A program made the position numbers and the translations under genes. Source: Amoebophrya sp. A120 (Eukaryota; Protista; Dinoflagellata). From it: a DNA stretch of 64,000 nt. The stretch is from the NCBI GenBank assembly GCA_905178155.1, contig CAJINV010000005.1, forward strand, positions 439,319-503,318, given 5' to 3'. The notes below the pieces were generated by a model. The model searched no databases, was not told the DNA's origin, and saw only the letters and a list, made by a program, of their open reading frames with translations. Positions within the stretch are counted from its first letter, which is position 1. Every line of letters starts with the position of its first letter. Shown piece by piece: positions 23,092 through 35,944 of this stretch.

Positions 23092-26000
23092 TTAATCTTT
23101 GACAGAAGAACCTGCAGCGACCCGTTGCCAAGCCACTTCCTCTTCGACACTATCTGCCAAGCAGAACCGCCACAGAAATTCCGGTTGCAACTGCGACAAA
23201 ACGGCTTTCTCTTTCGCTTCCTCCAAGAACGAACCTGGAAGGATTACGTGCAAGTCTTTTAATATTATCTTGTTCGTCTTTACAGATGTTGAAGTTGACA
23301 GCTGTTTCTGACGCTCTACTTCCAATTTGGCACTGCTCGTAGTTCTTGCAGGCTCCTTCTTGAGCCAGGACGATGAAGAGGAGGAGGATGAGGCTGCGTG
23401 TGGCTGTTGGAGAAGTGGAACTGCTGCCGCAGTTGTAGCAATTATGGGAGATGAAGATGAAGAAACTCTGGACACCATCTTCACTCTCTCCACGTCTCTC
23501 GCGTCCGCAACCGTCTGCAAGTCATCGTAGTGAAACAGCAAAACCGGGGCTGGCTGGTTGTTGGAGGGTGCTACAGTGTTTATGTTATTCTTCACTCCAA
23601 GGTGCTGGGGTACACGTACAGGCTCTGCAACTCCGCGACTGTTGATGAGGACATCTGCTACATGATTTTTACAAGATGAACCGGCTTTGTTGTAATTGTT
23701 CGCATTGAGTAGATTATCTTTCATATGCTGCGGTCCGATGCCAAAGACCTGCTGCAAAACGCTGGGCCCCTTGACCCTTGCAATCCCCGCCGCCTGGAAG
23801 CAGTCGCTCGCCCACTTCCCCGCAATCGCCTTCTGCACATCGAGAGAGAGGTCTTGCCCGCGTTTTTTCACAATTTTGATCGACGTCCCACCCTTGTTGT
23901 TTTTCGAGTCTCTTTTGTTTCCACGACCAGCAGTGACTGCGTCCACTTCGACTTCGAGCAAGGCCGAAAGCTGCTCGTCGTTCTTATCTGGTACAACATC
24001 ATCCAGCAAAGTGAGGTCAACAACATCACAAACACCCGCATTTTTGTCACCACCAGCAGCAGTGGTCACAAAAGAAGAGTCTTTGCTTCCTGCTCTAGAA
24101 ACGGTATTTGAAGTATATCCACCTCTTTGCGCTGGGTCAAACGGGTTCGCGCCCTTTTTGTGGAACACCACAAAACTCAAATCGCACGCCTTCAGCACCG
24201 GCGCAATGGCTTGGATCTGCTCCCAGTTTTCGAAGCAAACGACAAAAACCGCCGTGGGGTAGAGCTGCGGCATCTGCAAAAGCGCTCTGGCGAGGGAAAC
24301 GCCCCGGCTGCAGTGCTGGGGCTGAAGCTGGGCGAGGGTAATGGCTTCCTCTATCCGAAGGTCCATCGCCTTGTCGGCGCCGGCGAGAAACCGCTTGTCT
24401 GTGTAGTGCGACTTCTCAAGAAGGAGCGGCGTAACAGCAGGCTTAGAAGTTGAAGAAGTACTACTAGTACAACTCGCGGTCAGTAGCAGGTTTTCAGTTC
24501 CGGTACAATTCATCTTCTTACTGCCACACGGTGGATGAACATCATCAACAAGTTGTGTAGTTGCAGCAGTAGCGAAACAGCCAGGTTGAAGATTTATTTT
24601 CCCTTCCATGCTTCTATGGCTCTTCAAACGCTCTTCTTCACCTCCGGAGGACGAGGACCCGGCGGAGGAAGCTGACGTCGTCGGGAGTCCGGTCGTGGAG
24701 GAGTTCACACCCTGCTGCACCGAGGACTCCTTGTTCTGTGCAAGAAGGAGGTCCCCCTCCCCTTCGTTCTCCCTGGCCACCGGCGTTCTCCCTGGCGACA
24801 CCGGTTCTTGCTTAATCCTTATCGCGCTGCTGGAGCTCGAAGATTTTTCACCAGCTGGTGCACCCCGCGTAGAAGCTATAATCGCTGTAGTTCTCGATGA
24901 TTGATGTTCATCTCTACCACCGGCCAACAACTCCGCCTGCGAAAAGACAACCGGCTCAAGCCTGAAGTTCAGTCTTGCAAATACGTCGTCGATTGAGGCT
25001 TCGTCTTCGTCCTCCATGGGCTCCTTCTTGATCCGCATCGGGGGGCTCTTGTTGTTGTTCTCTCCCGCAGCACAGCAGATGGAAGTAGTCTTCCCGTGGT
25101 CTTTGTGGTTGCAACAGCTCTTATTTTCGACGCTGTCGTTCTCGTTGTCTATGTCTTTGCCGTCTCCCCCTGTCGAATCCTGTTCAACGTCTTTACCTTG
25201 TTCTTCGTTCCTGCCTTGTTGAACAAATGTTTTGTGAAACCTTGTTTCCGCGTATTTCTGCTCTTCCTTCAGTTTGTACAGACCGCCACCGTGCAACGCG
25301 TGTTCGGCGTAGATCGGCTCCCTACAGGTTGGGCAGAACAACGTGTGTTTCTCAAACCCGTGCCTTTCCTGCAACAAGTTTCGAATGTGCGTCAACATGC
25401 ACTCCCGACAGTACGCGTGCCCGCAGTGTAGGACCACGAACTCCTCCGTCCAGTCGAGATTGGTCAAGTCGGACCGCTCCGCGATCTCCTTGCCCTCTTC
25501 CATACAGACCGGACACCCAGCCTCCAAAAAGTTTTCCTTGATCTTGCGGAAAAAGTTAAACGCCTTCAGTTCCTTCGCAAACTCGCGGCCGCACAACTCT
25601 AACTTCACCTTCAACACCGCGCCCTTCCCCGCCCCGTCCGGCCAGTGCTTCTTGTGGATCTCTTCGAATTCGTTGTCGTCGATTTTCGCGAAGAACGCGT
25701 TGAAGTCTTTTTTTGTCTTGTAGTCAAAAGCGTGTGTCCCGATCTGCTGGAAATTTTCCGTTTTTTCCAGTAAAGCCGTGTGGAGGTTTTTGAAGAACCA
25801 GCCGTGGTCTTTGTATTTCCGCCAGACGTCCCTTTCTTTCATGTTCACGAACTTATCAAACAGCGCGTCCGGTAGGTTCGACCGCTGGGACTCGTGTACG
25901 TGGTAGTCGAAGAGGAGCTTGTGTGCGTTGTCGCGGCCTCGCCCCTTGCGGGAACGATCGTTGAACATCGCTCCTCGTCGGTTGTGAGGAAACAAATGGC

Positions 26001-29000
26001 TATTTCTGCCGCGGTTGTTCAACACAGAGCCCCGTCTGACCCGGTTGTAGTTCCTGCTGCTGTAATGGTACCACCGGCCGAAGTGGTGGCGTCGGGCGTT
26101 TCTACCCCTGTGGAAGGCTCGATGGATGTTGGGTGGACCAGAACTACCTCTTCCCCCGCTCGGGCTGTTGCTATTCATCTCCAGCGCGTTGCGGGAACTT
26201 CCGCCGGGCCCGTGCGAACCAGCGGCGCCCGGCGGGGCGTGGTTCTCGTCGGTGACTAAATCCTTCTCGAATAAGTCGCGGAAGCCTTGCTGCGGTTTTA
26301 TGCCCTTTCTCTTCCGCCCGCCAACGCGGCGGGTTGTCAGGGGGTTCGGGTTACTGATAATCGCAGTGTTTAGTCCGTTGCTTGTTGAAGCTGCACCGCT
26401 GGAATTATTTTTCCCACGACCCTTGTTCCCATTATGTCTGTTACTGTTCGGATTTCTTCGCACGGAACCAACCGTCAACCGATTGCCTAGAAGTCCTTGC
26501 TGCTGGTTAAATGAACCAGGCCTGTTCGTCGCAGCATTTATTGCTGGGTTTAAGTTAGAGGTGCTAGACGAAGAAGATGCTCCCTGTTTATTTCTCGCCG
26601 TCAGAACGACAGTCCCATCGCCCGGTTTATTTCTCTTATCATTCGACTTGATCACGACCACAGCTTTATTTCCCTTCGCGTTTTCGTCACCGGCATTTCC
26701 ACCATTTTTCGCAGCCGCCGCCCTCGCCGCCAACTGCGCTTTCCTTGCCTTCAAATTCTTCAAGAGTAATCTTCTCTTCCGTCCTTTGAACGGCAGTTTC
26801 TGCTTCACCATCCGGGCGGTGAACCTTCGCTGCTGCTCCGCCCGGATCCGTTTCGCGACGCGAGCTTCGATCAGACTGAACGGGAACTGCCGCTCGATTT
26901 CCGCCTCGTTCTGCTTCAAAATGTTCATCTGTTCCTGTTTCAGATTCTCCCTCAGTTTCTGCTTCTGCAGCGCGATGAAGCACTTCAACTCATCCACGAT
27001 CGAGTCCTGGTCCGCTTTCATGGAACTTCCGCAGGCTTCGAACAAGGCTACCCGTGGGTTCCGGGAAGAGAGAAGCGTCAGGTCGGTTGAAAATTCATCT
27101 CTTGGCTTCAAAGATATCTCGTGTACGGGCTCCTTGCCGTCGTTCAAGTTGGTTTCGCGGAGGAGGGTTTGAAGGAAGGATTTCACATTCAAATCACTCT
27201 TCTCGTTCGGGAGATTCTCGAAGGTCAGAGAATTGTCCTTACTGGTCGTCTGGTCATTTGTTCCATTCACTGTTGCACCTAGTTCGCCCCCCGCAGGAAC
27301 CACAAGTCCCCCATTCGCGGCGATTATAGACATCCCTGGATCACTGGCTTCCCAGTCGACCTCCATACTCGCTGGCACTAACACATTGAAAGGGTTCTTG
27401 TCGTCCTTTTCTTGCATCTTGTTCAAATCCTTCAACGGCGGCGACTTGCTGTTTGATTTTGGTTTTGAATCGGCAAGAACGTAGACCCCCGCATTCATCT
27501 CCACTGCTTCAACCAGACAAGCCACTCGCAAATAGCACTTGAACAGTTTGTACGTGTCCGCCACTTGGCGGAATAACTGTGCCATCCGGTGCCGTGCCAC
27601 GTTTCGCAGCATCAAAGGTCGGTTAAAAATGATGGCGTCGGTGTTGGCTTTGAATTGCGTGCTGAGACCACCTGCTGTGGAGTTCAGCTGCTGCGTTTTT
27701 TGCAATTCCTCTCGTTCCTGCTTCAACGTCATTGTGTGCTTCGGCAGAAAATATTGCTGCAGCAACACCTTTTTCTCCGGAAAGAAGGACGCCAAGTGAA
27801 TCTGCTCCAGTTTCACTCGCTGCTGTTGTTCCGCTTCTGGATCAAGGATTTTCGTAGTGCTGCACTGCGGTGTAGTGCTGCACTGCGGTTGTATTGGTAC
27901 TATGACAGCGCTTCTTCCCACCTCCGTCAGAAACATCAGCTCTCCCTGTGACCCGGGGTTCAAAGGCACGACGATTTGCTTTGTTTGGCTTGTTGGTCCT
28001 CTGGAGGCTGATGATGAAAGCACTGGCACGAGTAGATCACCAGGAGCGGTGGCCCTGCTATGAACAACTTCTATATTAGTAGAGTGTTGCTGGACCACAA
28101 CATCACCAAGGGTAAAAATGTCGTGGTCCTTCGTGTTCGCGTAAACGTACTTCGCTACGAAGCGGTGTAAGTTTTCCATAATCTTCCTCCTCGCGACGTG
28201 AAGATTTTGATTCGCACCGCCGCTTGTGCACTTGCCGGTGTCGTGATGCAATTCCACCGTCTCAAGAACATTCTCGAGGTCCAGCTCGTTCTGAAATCCC
28301 CAAAACGGACCGAGCAGATCGATACCAAATAACAACGCTAGGCGTGCCATTATGGCGTTCTCAACTGTTACATTCTCAACTGTTACATGAGTTTGTGATG
28401 CAAGCATGGGAAAACTAAAAGGGGAAAGATTGCGCCTTTTGCATGACAGATTTGGCACAGATTCTTAGCCTATTTGGCACTTCGAGAATTTGCCATGCGA
28501 AGCAGCTTGATCGCGTCGATTCTGGTTCGAACTTTGCATGCCAAATCATGTAACAGTTGAGAATGTAACATTTGAGAACGCCATAGCCATCCGCTGCAGC
28601 TGCTTCTGCTCAGAAGTCGTAGTAGAGCAGGGGTGAGGTGGACGAGGATAAGCGCAAGTAGACGCGCCTCCACTATGTGTACTAGTACAAGAACTTTGAA
28701 GCTGCGCCACCCGGATCCACTTACCGAACTCCACACTGGAAATGTTGCTGCATCAAATGCAAAAGTGTCTGGGTCTGGAAGATTTCTAGATTTGTCACGC
28801 ATATTTTGCATGAGCCATGATGTCTGTGATGCATGCCGTAGCATCACAGATTTTTAGGTGGCTTTGTGATACGATACATCTACGACCGCATGAGAAATGC
28901 CGTCTCCACGTAGGACAAATCCGACCCCTCTTGCTGGTCATGCAATGCAAATTTTTTTATTTTTACTATCCACAGACAGCATCACAAGCTGTGACCTTCC

Positions 29001-31265
29001 AGACCCAGACATACTTGCATTTGATACGCTCACGCCCTCATCGATTTGCAACTGCAGAGCCGCGTCGTTCCCGCACTGCTTCCTGACCTTATCCCAAGTG
29101 GTCTTCATCTCAGTTTTCTTTTTCGTTTGCGACAACGAGGTACAACTAGACTCCTTTCGCAAAAGACTTTGCAGTTGCGCCCCAGCAGGAGCTGCTGCTG
29201 GTCCTTTGTGTTGCGCCGGCGGCTTAGAATTACTGTGATGTTGCTGGTGTCCTTCCTGCTTCTGGTAGTTTATCTGGTGGTCTACTCCACCATGATGTAC
29301 ATCTGCACTGTGGCGTGGACGATCCTCAGTGTTGTAGATCATCCGCAGCGTTTTCTCTTCGACTTTGTCGTCCTGACTAGACGCCGTCGTTCGGTCGTAA
29401 AGGACGGAAAACCAGTTGTGCGCGTGCAACACCGATCAAATGCAAATACGTCTGGGTCTGGAAATTTGTGATGCTAAAACGAGCATGATGGAAACGTTAC
29501 GTTTTCTTATCCGGGAAAGCATGACAAGTTTGCGACACGCTTTCTCATACGACCTCCGCGTGAGAAACTGCGTTCGTCTTGTATGACAAGAGAGGCTGCC
29601 ACTTTTGTTGGTCATGCAATACAGATTTCACAGGAATGCACGACCAGCATTACAAGTTCCAACTTCCCAGACCCGGACATATTTGCAATGCATAACACCT
29701 TGCAGTCGAGGTACAGCTCGGAGCCAAAGCAACAGTCGTTCACCAGGACGACGTTATGGAACTGTCAGGATTGAAATCGTCAAAGTTGAAATAGTTTGTC
29801 ATGCATAAAATGCAACGCAGAAAATGCCTGTCTTGCAGAGTAGGCAAGGGAGGCAGATTGTAAGCCTGCCGCGGGGTAGGAATAGAGCTGCTAAACTAGC
29901 ATGACAAAAGCCGTCTTCGTTACCCAAACCGCATTACAAACTGGATTCCGGCTCTACTCGAAGTTGTCATGCGCTGCTTAGAAATTGGGCTTGCAACTGG
30001 TATCGATTTTATGCATTACAAGTTATTTCAACTTTGTCGATTTCAACTCTGACACATCCATAGACGTCCGCGTTGCTGTAGTCGATTCGCAAGTCCCGGG
30101 CCTTGTAGACCTGCCTGATCCGCGTGAAGCAATTCGCCGCGCGCAACGCGTCCCGCCACGTTGAGAAGGACTGGGCGCTGCAGATGATGAGGGTGGGGAG
30201 GATTTGCAGGTCGATATTAACATTCGTGGTCTTCGGTGGATATAACGTATTTCCTGTCTGCAACGTCGCGTGGAAGTCCACTGCGGAGCTGGATTTTTTA
30301 CTCGCGGAACAAGACGACGAGGACGACGCTGAGCAAGATGTGATGCCTCCTGTTGTAGAAATGATCTTCGACCCGGTCGGCTTATCATTGTCCACACTGA
30401 CACTAGTTGCAGTTCCTGCAAGGCCGGTATTAATACTGTTAGATGAACTGCCTTTCGTTTTCGCCAACCACGCCTCTCTTTGCTTTTTGATACACGAGAC
30501 CAAGGTCGGTATGCTAGTCAGCTCCGCCGCAAGAACGCCTCCGGTGCTGCAATCTGAGAATTTCACCGCACAGGAGACTCTTTCTGGCGGTCGCTGCGGT
30601 TGCACGACAGGGGGCTGGAGTTGTTGTTCCTTTTTGCTCGAATCTTGAAAATTGGAAAACGGTTTCAGCTTCGTCCTCATCCTCCACAGCGGCATATCAG
30701 CCACGAAATTGCACTCAAAAACGCCGGTGCCCGGGCCGTGATCCGCAAGCCTATCGCCCATTACAGAATCGAGCTCCTTTACCGTGCGGCTGTGATGTTT
30801 CAGAGCTGCTCCGATCTTTACGAACGGGGTGGGACGAGGTCCTTCTTGCCCTTGGTTGCTGCAATCATTATTGGAAGATAGTAGTTGTAGAGATGAAACA
30901 TGGCTCTGCACATTCGTGTCCTGCTGCAGCAGAGCCGTGTCAACAGCACCGTTCCCGGATGATACCTGAAATTCCGCGTGGCACCGCCACCTTCTCGCGT
31001 AGACACAACTGGTCCAGAACTCGTCTACCAGATTTGACCGGTTCCCTTTTGGCGCATTAAAGTTATTCACCGGGACCGGATGCCACTGCGCACTGAAAGT
31101 TGTGGTTGGCGGTGTATTATTTGATGTGTCTTGAGAACAACAACCGGACGTCGCGGAAGTCGTCTTCAGCCGCTTCAAAGGTGGGGGCTTCGCGTGGTCC
31201 ATCTCGTTCCTTATTGGCGGGGATTTTGATCGCAACATCGTTTGCTCCTTCGAGGGTAGCAACAT
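23092..31265 (-). CDS. Large RING-finger protein with degenerate SNF2 (Rad5/Rad16/SHPRH-like) motifs; 4 introners
   Basis: RING CPVC...CGHAYCRECM...CPTCR. SNF2-like remnants PTLIICSAQSFSTW, ADVVLVN, LHAHNWFSVLYD, VFVVCFENWEQIQAIAPVL and WRFCLADSVEEEV. The start position is uncertain. Confidence 0.75.
28351..28585. mobile_element. TIR introner, family H (TIR with internal TTCTCAACTGTTACA repeat)
   Basis: About 40-bp near-perfect TIR TATGGCGTTCTCAACTGTTACATTCTCAACTGTTACATGA; DR GCCAT/GCCAT. Confidence 0.93.
28751..29026. mobile_element. TIR introner, family A (left end CA)
   Basis: DR TGCTG/CGCTC (2 mismatches); frame restored as EGVS(D/N)ISSVEF. Confidence 0.85.
29434..29694. mobile_element. 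TIR introner, family A (left end GA)
   Basis: DR ACACC/ACACC; removal gives DCKVLHAHNW. Confidence 0.9.
29755..30062. mobile_element. TIR introner, family G (about 55-bp TIR)
   Basis: TATGGAACTGTCAGGATTGAAATCGTCAAAGTTGAAATA / TATTTCAACTTTGTCGATTTCAACTCTGACACATCCATA; DR GACGT/GACGT. Confidence 0.92.
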
Positions 31266-32474
31266 TGTCTGTAGCGTGGTCGTCTTCCTTGCAGAGGGAC
31301 ATCGATTGCAACCACGAAGCGGGTCAGTCCACGTGGCAATCTTCCCTCGAGCGTCGCTGCGAACGGGGGGACGTCGTCATTTTTTGCAGACGGGGAATTA
31401 TGGCAATAGAGATGTTGAGTTCTGTCATTTTCGAAACATCAACGTGGTAGGTAGTGGGTGGCAATAACGTGGTGAGGGTACGAAAGTACAACCAAAAGTC
31501 AAATACACATTACCAAAAGTGTCAAAAAACAAAGGGTAGCTTCTATTCCGACGACGGAGTTGACGCGGTAGTGTTCATTCATGGGTCCTGAAACAAGATG
31601 AAGTGCGGCGCAGATAGAGCGTTGACGTACGATAGGACGTAACTAGTTCCACGCCGAAACCGAATATTTTCTTTCTTAGACGTTTTCGTTTTTTACATAA
31701 ACAATCTTCAAGACATTCGCTCAACGCGTGCATGACGATCTGCGACCCACCGAGGAGGATGTAGTTGCATTGAACGCAGATGTTGAAAGTACCTCTTACG
31801 TGTCTCTAGTGTGGAAGCAGAGTTTCAAATGCAGAACTGAAACCGACTCCGACGAGTGGACATGCGGCTGCAGTTGTGTGCCTCCACGTGCTTTTGGCGT
31901 GCTTTATCTTTTTTTACAAAAAAATCGTGATTTATTGAGTTGTCTTGACTCGCGGTCGTGAGACATCGCGTGTTTTCACCGTTCGTGCTCTCTCGATAAT
32001 GAGTGGCAGAGGCAGTACCAGTACGAGTTCTACTAGCATGAGGCATCGTCGTCGTGATTACCACGACGGACGAGCCGTTCAGTGTCTGTTTCTTTCTTCA
32101 CCACCAGCAACTTGGTTCAGGGACGTCGTCGTGAGTAAGTAGCACTTGCTCGTCGCTCTGCCACGACAGCTTGCGGGTGTGCTACAAAAAAAGTTCGCGT
32201 TGGTGCTTAATTAAGAGCGCTGGTCAACAGCACAGGAGCTTCATCGGCTGCGATTGAAGATTTCTGCACAGAGCTCAGCTGCTGCATCATGCTCATGACC
32301 GCGAGGGAGGATGCGAAAGTTGAAGTTCTGCGAATGAATTCTGCAAGCGCGGCGCGTGCTAGCCCAGGGAAAGTTTGCAGCTTTTGGCGAAAGCAAGACA
32401 ACCTTTCCTGCTGTTTGTGTCCTCGGCGAGTGGGGCGAAGCTCAAGTTTGATCAATCTTCTCCAACAAGTTTGA

Positions 32475-35278
32475 TCACACCGCATTCGGTCCAGTCGACG
32501 CGCTCCTCCCACCCGCGCTAGGATGCTCCACACTGAGCGAAATCGCACTCGGATCTAGCCCGTCATCCATGATTGCCCCAGTGGAAGCGGATGCGAGGGT
32601 AGTCCTCTCTTCCGTGTCTCCTCTGGAGAAAGATGCCGAGGGAGTCTTCACGGCCGGTCCGTCCAAAAATCCTTTATTTTTCGTCCCCACATCCGGACTC
32701 GCGACCGGCTGCCCGCCCGTCGCACCACCAGTTGTAGCTGACGCGGTGCCACCCCGACTGGAATTTATCGACTGCTGCACTACGGCTGCTTTCGCCGTGA
32801 ACTCCGCTACTATAGCGTGCAAATTGTCGTAGAACCCGAACACGATCGCGATGAGAAAAGTCGCGCCCGCGAAGTAGCGAAAGAGCGCCTGGATGTTTCC
32901 ACCAAACGCCGCGTCGATGAGGAAGCCGCCGAGGACGGATCCCATGCCGGTCCCGAGACCCGTAAAGGTGGAGTGCAATATCGACTGCATGGACGCTTTC
33001 CGACCTTCCGCGAACTGCCTCCCGATGTAGACGGTTATCGAGAGGTACGGAAACGCGAAGGAAAATCCCGCCATTTATCCTGAGTAAAAACGTCCCCACA
33101 CCAGAGTTGTCATGCAGATTTGCAAGGACAGGAACATTTGTAATGCGCATCGCCAGGAAAGGCATTTTTAGTCGTGTTTTGGAATTTGTAATGCTGTAAA
33201 CAGGATGAGCAGATGGATTTCTGATGCAGCTGGCCTTGCGCACCTGCACTGCACTACGGACTGCAACTTGTGATGCGTGACCCCCAAAAGTTCTAGGTGT
33301 GTGTTGCAAAATCCCCATCTTGACTCTGGTGTGGGGATGTTTTTACTCAGGATACCATTACCTCGGCGTACATCGCCTCCATGGGTTGCGTCAGTACGCT
33401 ATGGAATGCAAAAATGTCTGGGTCTGGGAGATTTCTGGATTTGTCATGCATATTTTCCATGACCCATGATGTCTGTGATGCATGCCGTAGCATCACAGAT
33501 TTTTAGAGCGCTTTGCGATACCTCTACAGCATGAGAAATACCCTCTCCGCGTAGCACAAACTGGAGTCCTCTTGCTGGTCATGCAATACAAATTTTTTCA
33601 GAATCCAGAGACAGCATCACAAGTTTTACTTAGAATGTTCCAGACCCAGACATTTTTACATTTGATATACGCCGTACCAGTACAGTCTGATGGAGTTGAC
33701 ACACAAGAAGAGAATCTGCGCGTTCGGTAGCGAAATCTGGTCCACCAACTGCATGCCGTAAATCCACACCGGTATCTCGAAGATCATGCCGAACAGCCTG
33801 CACGCGCCCATGAAGTCCACGCCAGCGTTGAGCTCAGAGAGCATGATGAACTCGTAAGCGCCGATGATGCCGAGCTGACAACCCAGAATAAACAGGGCGC
33901 ACACGACTCTGAGAGAAAGTGAGGTTTTGTGAAATACAATTTAAACTTATGCAAGTTGATGTTGACTATGACTGTAGTACGCTGTACGCAAAATGAAAAT
34001 TTTTGACTGGTGCAACATTCGCTGAGATGCAGTTCTACAACCATAATCTCAAACTACTAAGTTGTACTTGTACACCCTTTTACTAGTGCTGTCTCTACTA
34101 GTATACCTTGGACAGCCTTCGGTGTTCCAGATTTGCGCCACCAGTGCTTTGAACTCCGCGTAGATTGAGCGCTCCCGCAACAACCGATCTGCGTCGGGCG
34201 TCACGTTTTTTACGTATTTGTGCATGATGGCCCAGTACACGCTGGATGCGAAGCAGATCACGGCGAATGCGACGAAAACCTTATCCACTCGTTCGTACGG
34301 GGCGGCTTCAGAAGTGCCTGCGGCGACGAACAAGCCGGTCAGGGCGGCGAGAATCCCAAACCCGAAATTCCCGAAGAGACGAACCTGATACAAATGGAGT
34401 TTAGCTTAGTTATTTTTACAACAAGACGAAGACCTCGATGCTGCAATGTGATAGTCACATCATTGCAAAACCAAAATCTCGGGGGGAGCGGAGCCCGAGC
34501 AGAATACATATATCACAGCATTGCAAAACCAAAATCTCGGGGGGAGTTCTTTCCAGATGCAGAATTATACAGCGAACTTCTTTATACTATACCTGTCCAA
34601 ACTGTGCCTTGTCCTTGAACGCATACAAGCACTGTGCGTCGAGAACTGAGTTGCACCCTTTCAGGCACGGCGCAGTCAAAGCGGTCAGGAACAGAAGCAT
34701 CCAAAAGGAATCCGCAAACACGATGTAGAGGAATTTGAGGGCGCCGGTTGCGGACATGGCGATAACCTTTCTTGTGTTTGTTTTGTATTGCGTTGTGTCA
34801 AACAAAATCACGCGGGGCAGGCGCTGTGGCATCACATCATGTTGCAACGCCATCAAAGACTGGAAGTTGTATGAAAAAACTATACCAGTCCCCAATTATG
34901 GCACTTCCAGGTATCTAGTATCCCTCCAAAAAGTGGCACGAGCAGGATGCTGAAGCAAATATCCGCAGCCGCCATGAAACCGACCTGCGTCGGGGTGTAG
35001 CCGTGCAAATGGGTCCACAAGGCGACAAAAGGAATGAACGCCCCGAGCAGGCCGCCTTTCATGAACAGAGCCCCGGCGAGAATGGCCTTCTGTTTCACCG
35101 TGATTTCACCGGGGATGACGTAGTCCGTTGAGGAATTTTCACCTCCTGCCTGGTGATCGTTACCTCCATCGCTGGCACCGCCCATGTTGACGGAAGTCGT
35201 CGTGGCGCCGTAATTCTGGTCGCCGGAAAGATGCGGGGCAGAAGTGCTGCCTTGATTGCCGGTGAGGCTCATGGCCAT
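32475..35278 (-). CDS. Major facilitator superfamily transporter (MFSD6/MFS_1-like); 2 introners plus GT-AG introns
   Basis: Repeated hydrophobic helices; PLFGGILDTW, FGQVRLFGNFGFG, FEIPVW and GLGTGMGSVLGGFLID motifs. Confidence 0.85.
33076..33354. mobile_element. TIR introner, family E
   Basis: TATCCTGAGTAAAAACGTCCCCACACCAGAGT / ACTCTGGTGTGGGGATGTTTTTACTCAGGATA; DR CCATT/CCATT. Confidence 0.94.
33400..33667. mobile_element. TIR introner, family A (opposite orientation to 4065-4326)
   Basis: DR TACGC/TACGC; removal gives YWYGVLTQP. Confidence 0.92.
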
Positions 35279-35944
35279 CGTCGAGTCGCGCGTCGGTGGC
35301 GGGAGATGAAGTAGGTGTGGCCTGGTCTGCTGATCCTCAGATTCAATCTGGTTTCCGTTTTCGAAGTTTCAGCCGTCCTTGCCGCGCTGGGCGGACAAGG
35401 GCAGGATTTTTCGAGGATGTCATGATTCGCATTAGTTTGTTCCGTGTTTTTTCTTTATTTTTGTGCGAAAATAGTCACAGGCTTCTTGTCAAGTGAGCAA
35501 AGATATAGCAGGACGAAAAGTTATTTTTTCTTTGCAGCAGGAAGCCGGGCACCATGGGGCGATACAAGTTAGCGATGCTCTTGTATTTGCCCTCTCTAGC
35601 TTCTCGTCGTCTTCGCCTTACGAAAAATATGCGAACCAACGCTCTTTGATGCTTGTAGTTGCGAGTGCGTTTTTGCATTCTTTTAGGCCAGTCGTAATTT
35701 TGGTCGCAGCCTCAACATCGCTCCACACTCATTGAAAAAGTGACGCGAAATGACAACTCGAGAACAGAAACACGAATAAAAGCGGTTCCAAAAAGGTTCG
35801 TGACCTGTCTGTAGGAGACTGCGTCACGACTGATACGCACTTTTCTCACTTTTACTCTTTCGATGAACTGATGTCGCTATATTTGTTGTTCAGAGCTCAA
35901 CATGTCGCTTCTTCTATATGCTTTTTCCAATTTGTATTTGACTT

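Noticed and set aside
27854-27889. 18-bp tandem duplication encoding PQCSTT twice
   Set aside because: Ordinary in-frame slippage duplication with no TIR or TA ends.
23092-28458. ORF-track start at 28458 for the 1788-aa protein
   Set aside because: That start lies inside introner 28351-28585; the gene continues upstream in frame.
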